A DNA stretch of 64,000 bases from Octopus sinensis (Eukaryota), in assembly GCF_006345805.1 (NCBI RefSeq), contig NC_043000.1, positions 42,594,001 through 42,658,000 on the forward strand. The letters are read 5' to 3'. The notes beneath the pieces are model-generated. The model was not told the origin of the DNA, made no database searches, and saw only the letters and a program-made list of their open reading frames with translations. The position numbers and the translations under genes were made by a program. How positions within the stretch are numbered: the stretch's first letter is position 1; each line of letters opens with the position of its first letter. Positions 27,372 to 40,583 of the stretch are shown one piece after another.

Positions 27372-30300
27372 CTATTTATCTATCTACCTATCTATCAATG
27401 TTCCTGTCTGTCTGTCTGTCTCCATCTCTCTCTCTCTCTCTTTTACACTCTCTCCCTCTGTATATATATATACAGAATGCATGCATAGATAGATGAGTGT
27501 GTATACACACACACATATGCCACACACAGAAACTCACACACAAGTACACATACACCCACATATATATTCCTGATTCTTAATCCAGAAAAGAAACGATGAG
27601 CTATTTCTCAAACAATAAAATGATAGCTGAAACATTAGAGATAGTTCAGACTACTTTTGAGTGGCGAAACATAGATAGACACAAGCATACATCACATTCA
27701 CTCACACACACCTGCTCTTTCTCAAAAATAACAAGTTTACATAAAAGCATTTTCTAATAACAGAAGTACAAATTACATTTTTTTTTAAAGGATAAATGTA
27801 TGCACTTAAAACTTCTTTTGTATAATTGCTTACAGTTTGAAATGGATTGACTGCGTTGGGAAATTATAAATATATTTCTTAAGGTTCCTGTCTATCTACG
27901 TTTTCATTTACCAGTCCTTTCGTTTCACTATGAATAGAATCGAAGCCATGAAGGGAATGTCATTACCACTCATCCGGCTAGAAACAGCAACCAAGTCTAT
28001 CTTAAAAACAGACGGCTATATTTGTTAATACATTGTTCAAAATATAAAAAAGGAGGGATGGCGATAGCAGGAATCTCTATGAGATTTGGACTACATGAAA
28101 CGACAATAATTACAACTAAAGTAATAATGAATTTGAAACAATGAACCTAATACACAGTTGTTTCCTTGCGATATACCAAATTACCGTTGGACAATTTTTA
28201 TTGTGTATATTACCATAAATTCACATATATTTGATGAAATTCCAGAAACGCCTTGCAAGATTTGGTTACGTTATTTTTAGACTCTTTGTACAATTTCCCA
28301 CCTGTTGCTGAGATTAAAACTGTGTAGCAATCAAGTGTATAACGACACCAGCACATGTTCTTGTTATATACACTTGAATGCAGTACCCCAGGATAACTAT
28401 GGTATAAGTATAAAACCAATAAATCGATGAAAGAATACATTAAAAGCATGCATGGATTTACTTGATGTAATCAGCCGGTTGGAAAATCAATAAGATCAGC
28501 ACAGTCGAAGTCAACTGTATCGCATGTGTTTTCAGGGTTGATAAGGTACCAGTCTAAGGATGTGTAAGTGTTGACACATTGGAAGAGATTCCATGCCGTC
28601 TTTTATCCGATATTTTGTACCCTGACTTCTTAAGAGGTAGCTATAATGCGTTTCCTAGATTAACGCCATCTGATATTGAAGTTCAATCAGTTGCAAACAT
28701 TCCGACCAGATCTCCGATTAAGAATACTATTCTACCTTACTCAAACCAGAGTCTCTGACAAGGGAAAAAAGTAATGGGTACTGCCTTCGATCCTGTCTTA
28801 ACGTTAAAGAAAATTTAGAAACACTTGCTTCAATATAATGAAATATTCATATGAATGAAATGCCCCAGAATGATCATCATCCCATAACTGAAACTAGTGA
28901 AAGACTCGAAGAATAAAGAAGCACACACACAAGGGTATTTATACCTTGCAGAACCCATCTATCTTCAGGCGTGACCACAGCCATTTGTTTTCTATTTCTT
29001 CCTGAAGAAGAGAAAGAGAGAGAGAAAGAGAGAGAGTGGGGGAAGAAAAAAGGAGAAGTATAAAAATAGTGAAACCAGAAACGTTTCCTGTACTGGAAAG
29101 GTGCAGGGCACCGAACAATGAAGGGCAATGTTTACTTCGGCGAAATATTAACTCAGATCACAAAGAGCCGGAACGAATACTGTAAAGACTTCGATCCGAC
29201 GCTCCAAGAACTCCATTTGTTTGGTATTTATCAATGATTATAGGTAGTTATATACAACCCCACAGTGAAATTAGAACCCATGTTGCTTTGCTCATGATTT
29301 TGTGATGAAGATCATCCTTTTTCATTGTTATTTGACAATTCACGAAGAATCGTTATGTATTAGTAAATATCGATGAGAATGACCGAGTTGATTCTTATCC
29401 TACTTTCTCATGAGAATCTACTTTCACAATGAAATCAAATGCTGATACAAGCCAATAAAAGTGTCTCTATGTAGGAACACTTTAAACTATTAGAAATGGC
29501 AGTCAATTTTTCCAGTTACAATTCTGCCAGTTCACCATTCGAATAATGTCTAGCCCCGAACAAACGAGAGAGAATGTCAGAATGGTTTGAACTCAAAACT
29601 TATGAAGTTGAAACTAAATAACACAAGGCATTTTGCCGAACATTTGTAAGAATTTTGTCATTATAAAATTTGTAATAATTTATGAGCCAGTATCAAAACT
29701 TACATTTTCATGAAATACTTGACTGGTCGTCATTTTTCCCCCACATGAACCATAAGTTGATAACCTACATTCAATGATATTCCAAATATGATCACTGCCC
29801 TCATTTATATATATTTAAAATAGTACAGGTCAAGATATCATTAATCATTCAAAATCACCATAGGGTGTAAGTTCAGGTATATTTGGCTGCTGTTGTTGCT
29901 AAACTTTACCCACATTGGGAGCAAGAAATTCAGCAGAAACTGATAACATTGTAAATTTATACATCCTGATAGCATGAAAAACTACTTTCATTTCACTGTA
30001 GGTATTCATATGAACTTTCCATGTTTGGCAGTGTGATAAAACCATATAAAACTAGATACAGCGCTTACAGTCTTCCTTAAAATTGTGTCAAAATGTCAGA
30101 ACCATTTCAACTTAAATGCAATACAACCCAAAATAAACTGTATGTTATTAAATTTTAATATATAATGTTGTATATTTGTCTTGAACTTTTATCAACATTA
30201 ACAATAAAATATAATAATCTTTATTTAAAAATTGAGTTTTAGCGTTCTGCTGAAACGATATATCATCCTTCGTTTATAATATAGGTTATTAATAACTAAC

Positions 30301-30738
30301 GAGTAAACGAATGGATAGGATTGATTTCTGTCTCCCGTGTTCATCTTAGTTAAAAGAGACAGGATATTTCAATAAAGTTTAATTATGCAAATGTTACTGT
30401 GGTTTCGTTCTCACATATCAAATTAAATTTGCGTTTACGAGACGGGACAAATTCTTTATTTACTTTGTGAAGAGGAGAAAGGCATCACAGAAATACACGT
30501 ATACACAGGCACACGTACACAAGACACACATACAAGCCCACAAAACGCACATATGTATGCGTGAATATACATATTCAATTTTACATTAATGTATGTATAT
30601 ATACGCAGTTACATGTATATATACATGCATACACAGACACACACACACATATATATAACACATATATATATACATATATATTTATATATAATTATTAGAA
30701 ATACATGTATATATATATACATAATTATTATAAATACA

Positions 30739-30786
<48 letters not shown>

Positions 30787-31834
30787 AATGTACATGTATG
30801 CATCTATATATCTATATATCTATATATATGCACATACAAACTCACACACATGTATACATATATAGATACAGACTTTTAGATATATGCTTATACAAAACGA
30901 TGCATACCGATACATACGCTCGACAAACACATTAGAAATATACACCTATACACATGCTTTTCCATATAGGATGCAAATATATGAAACTATTGATTGACAC
31001 TCACATAGGACAGTCGTGATAGCAAGTAAGAACAAAACTTACAGAAAATAAACAAAAGGAAATAGGAAAGATAACTTCGCAAAACAAATGTATAAAACAG
31101 AAATAAGTTAAAATTACACGTTTACTATGACAGTAAAGAGGTATGTAAATAAATATTATTTGATATATATATATATTGTTATCTTCTCAGACATGAAAAA
31201 GGAAAAAAAAAGTTGGTTTGTGGATAATGTGACTGATACGGTGGAAGATTGATTGCGTGTTTTGTCGAAAAGATTTATTTAAAATTTTAGTTGTTTGGCT
31301 TATTGCTTCAAAACTTATTCCTTGGAATATCATTAAATTTAACTTACCCTCTTGAGAAATGTCTACCTCTGCGTGTATAGTGTATGTACATGCCTATGAT
31401 CATGTATATGTGTGTTTATGGGTGTGTGTGTTTGTGTGTGTTAACATTTATTAAAACGAATCCTTCCGTGTTGTTTTCTTCTGATACTCATTGCCTCATA
31501 CACCCCCTACACACACACGCACACACATACACTCACAGACACACACACATACACACACACTCACTAACACACACACACATACACACGCACACGCGCACAC
31601 AAATACATATGCATATATCGTCGCATGTATCTACGGTTGTTAGAATAGGAAGATTCCGTAGTTTCGAGTTCTTCCCAAGTCAGTGTCACCCACAGTTTGT
31701 TGTTCGCTAAAATGCAGTGAATGAAATTTGGTAAACGGGGAGTGCATGCCATGTCATCGTACGAACACAAAAACGTACATGTATATATGTATGTAATATT
31801 CATACGGTCACACTTCATGAATATATATATATAT

Positions 31835-32061
31835 GGAGGCGCGTAGCTCATGATCGTAAGATTGTGTTTTCGATTCCTGGACCGAGCGACGCATTGTGTT
31901 CTTGAGCAAAACACTTCATTTCACGTTGCTCCAGTCCCCTCAGCTGGAAAAAATGAGTAATGCTGCGATGGACTGGCGTGCCGTCCAGCTGCGGAATACA
32001 TACGCCATTGAAACCGGGAAACCGGGTCCATGAGCCTGGCTAGGCTTTAAAAGGGCGCATT

Positions 32062-32064
<3 letters not shown>
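31835..32064 (+). mobile_element. tRNA-derived CORE-like SINE with partly deleted head
   Basis: GGAGGCGCGTAGCTCA...TTCGATTCC...TGTGTTCTTGAGCAAAACACTTCATTTCAC...; inserted in (TA)n. Confidence 0.75.
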
Positions 32065-32094
<30 letters not shown>

Positions 32095-32097
<3 letters not shown>

Positions 32098-32345
32098 GAG
32101 AGCGATAACTATACTGAGAAGTAATGTTTATCGCCACTTCAATACGTAGGAACGGACATTACTACAGCTTTTAACCACAGAAGGAGCCTCCTCCAGCTGG
32201 TTATCGATACAATCTACACTAGATTTATATTGCAGGCACGGGAACCAACTCCCACCATCTTCTAGCAGACGACGGGACCACCAGACCGTCCAGTTTCTAG
32301 CCCTTCATGCTGATCCTCAGTGGTGAACAATTTTGACATATTATA
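32095..32345 (-). mobile_element. Short retrozyme-like element related to the 5024 and 45376 elements
   Basis: Non-repetitive island between (TA)n tracts containing an HHR and the shared downstream module. Confidence 0.65.
32279..32325 (-). ncRNA. Type-I hammerhead ribozyme, canonical core
   Basis: Minus strand: CACCA CUGAGGA UcAGC augaagg GCUA GAAA CU ggac GG UC UGGUG. Perfect 5-bp stem I, GUC cleavage triplet. Confidence 0.85.
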
Positions 32346-32365
32346 TTATGTATATATATATATCA

Positions 32366-32562
32366 CGTGATCAGATGTTGCTACACATCGCTGGTCACAA
32401 TGCGTTCGCATCATTTTAGCCTTCAAATGACGCCACCTCGCTGGTTAAGCGAGCAGGCCAACAGAAGAGTGAGAGAAAGAGTAGTAAAAGAGTACAGCAG
32501 GGATCACCACCCCCTGCCGGAGCCTCGTGGAGCTTTTAGGTGTTTTCGCTTAATAAACACAC
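32366..32562 (-). mobile_element. SINE fragment
   Basis: Reverse-complement similarity to the 47640-48010 SINE (CCTAAAAGCTCCACGAGGCTCCGGCAGGGG...CCCTGCTGTACTCTTT). Confidence 0.7.
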
Positions 32563-32829
32563 AGGTTGTGTGTTGATGTAACGGTAACACACTTGGTCGC
32601 GAAAGCAAAGAGATGTGGGTTCGTGTCCCGCGAGTACGGGTAAACCTAGGTTTTTCTTTTCTGTCGAGGGGATTATATGCCCCATTATTGTACTTGCGCG
32701 GTGCTCGCTGTTAATGTTGATAAAATAATATATGTTATGCGGTGAGGTTTCAGCAGGTATGATAACACTCGATCATCCTAGAGAGTAAAGAAAATGTTAT
32801 CATAAAAACCACAAGTTTTGTTCGATAAT

Positions 32830-33093
32830 GCTACCCATGTTTTCCGAGTCGAAACGTTAATTCATTTTACCAGTTTTCAAGCCAGGAAGACTGTTTGTCA
32901 ATTGGTTTTTGAGAAGATGACGTCTGAATAAGGGACGCTGCTCATAAGGAAAGAGAAAAAAAGAAATAGTATTTATGTCTTCTTTCCTTATAAGCAGCAT
33001 CCGTTATTTAAACATCAACTGCTTAAAAGGTAATTGACAAACGGTCTTGAAAAATGAGCAATTATATGCTTCGACTAGGAAACCTGAGGTAGC
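32830..33093. repeat. Old fold-back element (~120-bp imperfect arms)
   Basis: AAGACTGTTTGTCAATT...GCTGCTCATAAGGAAAGA pairs with TCTTTCCTTATAAGCAGC...AATTGACAAACGGTCTT; outer GTTTTCCGAGTCGAA pairs with TTCGACTAGGAAAC. Confidence 0.75.
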
Positions 33094-33099
33094 TATACT

Positions 33100-33870
33100 T
33101 TTTTTTTACAGGATATAAATTATATGTCTTGCATATTCCTTTAATTTATCTCATTAATGCAAATAAATTACTATTTACTAACTAACTATAAATCTATATT
33201 AATAATAATCTGATATATATATTTTTATAAATATGAAATGATTTCTATACTCCCCATCCCTATATAAGATACTAAAATTTATTAGAATCCTTTTGGAAAA
33301 AAACTATATAAAAGATATTTATTTAAAATCACCAGTAGGATTATGGCTGTTAAATGATTAAGGGCATTAGAAGTCTTTATTCTCCCTGCCCCACTAACTT
33401 CTGCCTACTAACTTTAGCTAAAATACATTCAAATGTACCAAAGTTAAATTCCTCATAAAAGGGTTGGATTTCTGGCTCTGCCAATTAAACTGTCCCTTCC
33501 TCAAAAAAAAAGAAAAATTCTTGATTGTCTCCACTGAACTTAATAGAAAACCCCCTCCCTATTGGTAAATCTAAATAACAAAGTGAACTCCGTGATAAAA
33601 AATCTGCCCATGAGTAAAGATTTTCTACTACCATGTTTTTACTAACGAAATTCATCTCCCTGTCTATATACCTACCCTCTTTGTAATGTTGGCAAATGGA
33701 ATAGGTATAAAAATGAACATTGTCAATTTAATTTTAAAAATTCCCTATGTGGCTGAAGAGTGCTCTATATTTTAAAACTGATGTAATACTTACATCGTTT
33801 AATTAAATGAAGTAGCATGAAACGATCGTACTACGCTACCTTTGGATATCCTTGTTGCTTATTTTGAGTA
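33100..33870 (+). mobile_element. PLE 3' end remnant with HHR-containing pLTR
   Basis: Fragments LLEKNYIK and KCTKVKFL resemble the PLE C-terminus (CLxEKxxI; KCxHxxKF); followed by an HHR at 33748. Confidence 0.5.
33748..33835 (+). ncRNA. Type-I hammerhead ribozyme with a 49-nt loop II insertion
   Basis: UGUGG CUGAAGA GUGCU [insert containing the GAUGUAA-uac-UUACAUC hairpin] AGCAU GAAA CGAUCG UA CUACG. Core intact, palindromic loop III. Confidence 0.8.
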
Positions 33871-34100
33871 TATATATATATATATATGTATATGTTTGTG
33901 CGTGTGGGATTGTGATTTTTGTGTCTGTGTTACAACGTGTTGATCAACGGTGTTGGTGTGGTTATGTCCCCGTAACCTAGCAGTTGGGTATAGGGCCCGA
34001 TAGAATAAGTACTGGGCTTAAAAAGCTTAGTGGGGTCGAAACAATCGGTTAATGTTTTAAAGGCGACACCCAAGAAAGGTCTCATTCTAACACACACACA

Positions 34101-34147
<47 letters not shown>

Positions 34148-34154
34148 CACACAC

Positions 34155-34185
<31 letters not shown>

Positions 34186-35618
34186 TTATATATATATATA
34201 TAACATGGATAGACAGTAAGTAAATCCTCATCAATTATTGGTCAAAATCTAATGCAACTTCAGTAGTTATATTATTTCCCTTCTGGTGGCGCCGACAGCA
34301 AAAAGCCGCTGGGAGATGGCGAGCCAACGAATAACGAACCAAACATGAAAGAAAGTGAAGAAAGAGACAATATATAAAGAAATACAGAAAGTGGACATAC
34401 AAATATCATATAAATGTAATTCAAGACAAGACGTTTAGTGGGTGGACAAAGACGAAAACAAGCAAGACGTCTAGCCAATTCGGAGCTGCAGAACCATGAC
34501 GTTCAAGGAAGGAAAAGAGGTCTGGTTGTTTAACAAATGAAGTAGGGAGTTGTGTGAAGACTATGTGAAACAGCTGGAAGGTCTGAAGTAGAAGAAGAGA
34601 AGGAGAGAGGGAGGGGAGATGGGAGGAGAGAAGGGAAGAGAAGAGGAGGGAGAGAGGGGAGAGAGAGTAATATGTCATCTATGAAGAAACTGACGCGACT
34701 TCGACTGACCTCGGTTTCTGACCGACATATGAAAATATTAAAGGGAATTTTATCACCATCTACATAGTCTTTTATTCGTTTGCTTCTGTCATTGAAATAC
34801 AGCCTCGCTTGGCAATTAATTTGAAGGGATTGGTTGATAAAAGTTTACCTCAGTGCTTATATTTAAAGTTTACTATTCGTTTTAGTTTCCTGATTGCTGT
34901 TCCGGTAACTTACGTGAACGCAAACTGACCATCATTTACTTCCAAAAGATGAAAGATACGCGTAAGCGTAAACATTCTCACAAAAGTACGCTCACACGCG
35001 CGTTCGAATTATAAATTTAGATTAAGAGCTTTTTTACAATGTGGAGACTGAATTAAATACTTATTAATTCTTAGATAGTCGACGAAACCACAAGCAAAGA
35101 AGGAACCGGTTCATTATTAATTGCGATACATTCTCCGCCTTTATTTACTTTTCTATATCAAGAAAAACCAAGGTGGTGACTAAGTTTGCTTAGCGGTATT
35201 TCGTCCGCCTTAAAGTACTGTGTTCGAATTCCGCCGTGGTCAACTTTGTCGTTTAACATTTCGTGGTCGTTAAAAAAAACAGTAACAGTCGAGTGCTGGG
35301 GGCAATGTAAACAATTTACGCCCTTCCCTAGAATTGCTGGCCTTGTGCTAAAATTCGAAACCAATATCAAGCAAACTACAACGATCTGCTTATATATATA
35401 TGTATAATATTAAAAGTGTAGCCTAAGGGAGAATTGTTTGTACATTAGCTATTTCGGACACAGTCTATACTATACCACAATAGGTTTCATATGTCAATTT
35501 AGATAATATTCTGATGCAGTAAAAAACAATTGTCTGTAGCGTTGAAATTATTCGAATACAATTATTTTTCATGCATACTCATTAGTAAAATCTACCATGG
35601 CTTTCCAATTACACATCG

Positions 35619-35652
<34 letters not shown>

Positions 35653-35969
35653 ATCGTCTCTTTTTCTCTTTCACACTCTCAGTCTTTCTTTCTTTCTCTC
35701 TCCCCACAGCAAACACACACACACACACACACTTTCTTTCTCTCTCTCTCTCTCTCTCTCACACATGTAGATTTCTCCCTCTTTCTCTCTTACTCTTATT
35801 TTCACACACAGAGTTTGTTTAAATTGTTGAGATGCATGTCATGGCAAATTCGTTAACACCTTTTTACGTTGGTTTCATAGGTAATAGTACGTGACGTGTA
35901 TCGTAAATAATTTGTTTTTTGTTTGACTTATATATCGGGTCTAGAAGTATTCTTTTCTGATACAGTAGT

Positions 35970-36178
35970 ACTTTTCTACTTTAGGCCCGAAATTTTGGGG
36001 GAGGGGGCCAGTCGATTAGATCGACTCCAATAAGCAACTGGTACTTAATTTATCGACTCCGAAAGAATGAAAGGTTAAGTCGACCTCGGCGGAATTTGAA
36101 CTCAGAACATAAAGACAGACAAAATACCGTTAGGCATTTCACCCGGCGTGCTAACGTTTCTGCCAGCTCACCGCCTTC
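35970..36178 (-). mobile_element. Well-preserved SINE-like repeat (23255 family)
   Basis: Minus strand begins AAGGCGGTGAGCTGGCAGAAACGTTAGCACGCCGGG with B-box-like GAGTTCAAATTCC; further copies at ~20400, 35165, 48100 and 49580. Confidence 0.8.
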
Positions 36179-36258
36179 GAAACTAGAAGCATTGAAAAAG
36201 AAACAGTTAACATTTTCATTCTTGTTTCAACAGTAGTTTACAAAAACACAGTCTCTAT

Positions 36259-36296
<38 letters not shown>

Positions 36297-37437
36297 TACA
36301 CACACATACACACACATACGCAGACACATACGCACACACATACTCTCTGTCTCACACTCATACATCACACACACATATATCACACATACACAAACTCATG
36401 CACATACGTACAGCACACATACACACACGCACTCTCTCTCTCTCATTCTCTCACATATATACAACATGCATACACATCCATATACACATAGCGTGCGTGC
36501 ACACGCAGGGTATCTCACACACATATGGTACACATACATGCATGCAGTACACTCAGTGTCTCTCCCATATACACAACATATTCATATACACTTTCTCTGT
36601 CTCTCTCACTCACTCACACAGATACAGAAAAATCACATACACACACATTCAATTTCTCATACACATACACTCACATACGTACAGCGCACACATTGTTTCT
36701 ATCTCATTCATAGAAATACATCATCTTGTGTACATTATATATCATTTCATACATTAACGTGTTATTAGTTCATAAATGATTGAAACATATTCGATCCAGT
36801 AAGAAAGTAATTCACTGTATTTTGTCATGGAAAAAGATTCTAGTAGTAGACAAATACACTAAGTCTGCTAGACGATATCCCTCGCCAATCATCAGGCACT
36901 ACCCACATAGCATAACAAACCTAGCTTGCTACACCATGTGAGGAGTGCCTGATGATTGTGCTAGGAACCCAGTTATGTTAAAAACGATTCTCTGGCATGT
37001 TCTAAGAGCATGAAACTAATAGTAGCACATGAAAACATATTGTGTTTATTAAATATTTATCTCTCACTAGACGGGGTACTTTGTTGTTGATCGTATCATC
37101 ACGACACAGTACGTTAAACGCACACACATGCACACACGCACACACATACACTCGCGCAAATATATACGGTAAAAGTATTATTTAAGTTACAATAAGCGTA
37201 CATTGCCGTTGCCGTCAGAGAAGCTGCACGAAATTTATCTAATCATACCACATATAAATCTTTTTAATTTACTTATAAATGCTTCACTCTACAGTAAATA
37301 TAATTTTGACCTTCATCTGTTCTTATAATGCAAGAGAAGCAGGGTTAAAAGAAATTTAACAATCGTGTGTGTGTGTATATATATACTTTTACATACATAC
37401 ATACATACATACTTACATACATACATACATACATACT

Positions 37438-37479
<42 letters not shown>

Positions 37480-37483
37480 TATA

Positions 37484-37523
<40 letters not shown>

Positions 37524-37586
37524 TATATGTATATGTATATATATATATATAATATATATGCATAGATATATGTATATGTATATATA

Positions 37587-37700
<114 letters not shown>

Positions 37701-38376
37701 GCATATGTCATATAATACGTTATATTTAATCCTGAATGGATGATATTATAAGACATTTATTCTTGAGTGAATGTGTCTCGCATGTTAATAAGTTAGATAC
37801 ATAAAATCATATTAGACAATGCATGTAAAGTTAAAGTTCAAGCATTTATAAGGTATTCTGGGAAATAGCAATACTATTATTGCAACCTCTTTACCTTCAC
37901 TGTTGTTCAGACATATTGCATTTTTCAGGCATTTGTAGCAATATAAACTAATACTACAATGATAATATTAATACTGCTAATAAAACAATATTTGTTTGTT
38001 TTTTTCCTGCTGAGGTCACAGTTTTATCGTAGCAATCTCGTTACGTGATAGTTGTGCAGGTAGTGGATCTCAGTTGTTTGAAGATGAGATACAGTTGTTC
38101 GAGCACTGTATCTTTATCTCCTGAATTCATGTGAAAAGGACTGAGTATTCTAGAGAGAGGGGTAGTCGTGGGTGTGAGGTAAGAAGCTTGATTTCTAATT
38201 ACATTGTTTTGAATTCGGTTCCACTGCTTGACACATTTGGAGAGTGTTTTCTACTGTAGCCTTGGGCCGACCAAAGCCGTGTGAATAGATTTTTTTGACG
38301 GAAACCGAAAGAAGCTCGTCGCATATATATATTGTATACTCTCTCTCTCCCTCTCTCTCTCACACACACACATACA

Positions 38377-38408
<32 letters not shown>

Positions 38409-38409
<1 letters not shown>

Positions 38410-38856
38410 CTCTTATTATAAAAGGCAGATTTTATCTGCCTCCCTTTGGGAGTTATAGAAATCTACAATATAGGATTTCTTCAATTACAATTTACCTAGC
38501 ATTTTTGAGAGTAGAATGCATCGCGTCATGCCAGGTCCAGTTTTTAAAATTTAAACTCCAATTAAGCAAAATTTACAGAAAACTCACATTCTGGTGTGTG
38601 TGTCAAATGCTTTTCTTAGTCTGGTTTACACCACACGCAAACGCACACACACAGTGTGCAACGAATAAAGTGAAACTAGATGAAATATTTGTTTCTGTCT
38701 ATGACGCTGATAGATACATGAGTAAAATATATGGGAAGCTAACACATAAGAGTGAGTGAAAATGTTCTTGGAAGAGAGTAAATAGCGACAGAGAGTGATT
38801 TGAGGAAGACTTTACATTAAATAACCGTAGTGGCTTGTGTTAGTAATAAAGTAAAC
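38409..38856 (+). mobile_element. Probable Helitron 5' fragment
   Basis: A|TCTCTTATTATAAAAGGCAGA start typical of Helitron 5' termini, inserted in an (ATAC)n tract; no hairpin-CTAG end seen. Confidence 0.5.
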
Positions 38857-39307
38857 ATACACTCATACATACATACATACATACATACATACATACATAC
38901 ATACATACATACATACATACACACACATACACACACACATACATACATACACACACACATACATACATACACACATACATACATACATATACATACATAT
39001 ACATACATACAAACACACACACACACATACACACACACAGTATTGAAGCTTGAGAACAATCAGATACATTTGCAACACATCTGTTGAAAATATTATTGTT
39101 CACACACATACATATACATATATACATACAGACAGACAGACAGATAGACACACACACACACACACACACATGATCCAGCATGGCCACAACCTCAAGGCTG
39201 AAACATATAAAAGAATAACAGAATATAAATGTGTGCATGTGTGTGAGAGAGAGAGTGTGTGTGTATATGTATGTATGTATGTATGTATGTATATATATAT
39301 ATATAAT

Positions 39308-39895
39308 AATGCGGTTTTTTCAACAGCTTTAACTAAAAGTCAGAGGGGAATGGGATAAACCACTTATATTAACTTGCTATAAAAGCAGGCAGTAATTTTA
39401 TCTTGTCCTTATTCATAGTGCAAGTTTTGAAGAGTGCATTTCGATTTTAACAGCTATTTTTTTCAAAGCTATATTGGAAGTAACAAAGGAGCATATTTGG
39501 CATATTTTACTTTATGAGTTCAATAAAGACAACAACGCAACGGAAAGTACAAGAAATATTAATGCAGTATATGGGGATTGGACAATAAGCGTAAGGCAGT
39601 GTCAATGGTGGCTCCAGAAATTCCGAGCCATAAACTACAGCCTAGAAGACGAGCCTCATCCTGAAAGATCTGTAGAACTCGACAAGGACATCCTGAAAAC
39701 CCTGGTGGAACAAAATCTCAACGTAACTGTTGAGGAACTAGCAGAGAAGCTTGGATTTGGTCATTCAACCATTCATTGAGACCTGTGTGCTATCGGAAAA
39801 GTCAGCAAATTGGGTCAATGGGTTCCTCACGAACTTTCCGAGTCTAATTGCATGCAGAGAGTGAATGTATGCTTTTCTTTGCTGTCACATCTCAC
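39308..39895 (+). mobile_element. 5' half of a mariner transposon
   Basis: ORF 39474-39779 MEVTKEHIWHILLYEFNKDNNATESTRNINAVYG...LEDEPH...TVEELAEKL (HTH domains), then WVPHEL at ~39819. Confidence 0.9.
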
Positions 39896-39914
39896 CACTA
39901 CTGCGCTATGTATA

Positions 39915-40552
39915 TCTATATATATAAAACTGTAGTTGTGTGAGTGTCTGTCCCCTTCGATTTAGATTCCTAACTACTCCCACATTTTGCGGTGCAGTTT
40001 AACCAAATTCGGGTAGCTTATAGTCGTGATTCATATCGAGCCCGTCTGAGTAGTAGCGCGCGTCTACAATGAGTCTACGATTTTAAAATTAATTCAACAT
40101 CATTTTTTATTCCATTTTAATGCATAATTTTTCGTGTGTCGATGGCGGCGGAGTTGGCGTCCACGCTCACACCTGCACCTGTGGGGAAGGGAGTGTAAGG
40201 AAATCAACGTCGTAATGCGTTGTCAAAGAGACCAGCGTTCTTTTAGAACAACGACGTCATGGCTTGAAGACACCAAAACAGAAATGGCTAAGAAAGCGTC
40301 TACATGAGTCTACGATTAAAAAAAAAAATTACCATCGTTTTTTTTTCCATTTTAATGCATTTTTTCGCTATTATATAAGGGAAGTAACTCTCTAAAAATG
40401 TCTACGATGAGTCAACGATTTAAAAAAAAATTTACCATCATATTTTTTCCATTTTTAATGCAGTTTTTGCTATTTTTTGGCTATAACTCTCTAAAAATGC
40501 TTATATAGTTATTTCCCTTACAAACCCGAGCAACGCCGGGCGATACTGCTAG
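39915..40552 (+). mobile_element. Complete non-autonomous Helitron (638 bp)
   Basis: A|TCTATATATATAAAA start; 3' hairpin CCCGAGCAACGCCGGG (40525-40540), 8-nt spacer, CTAG|T end; no TSD. Confidence 0.9.
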
Positions 40553-40583
<31 letters not shown>

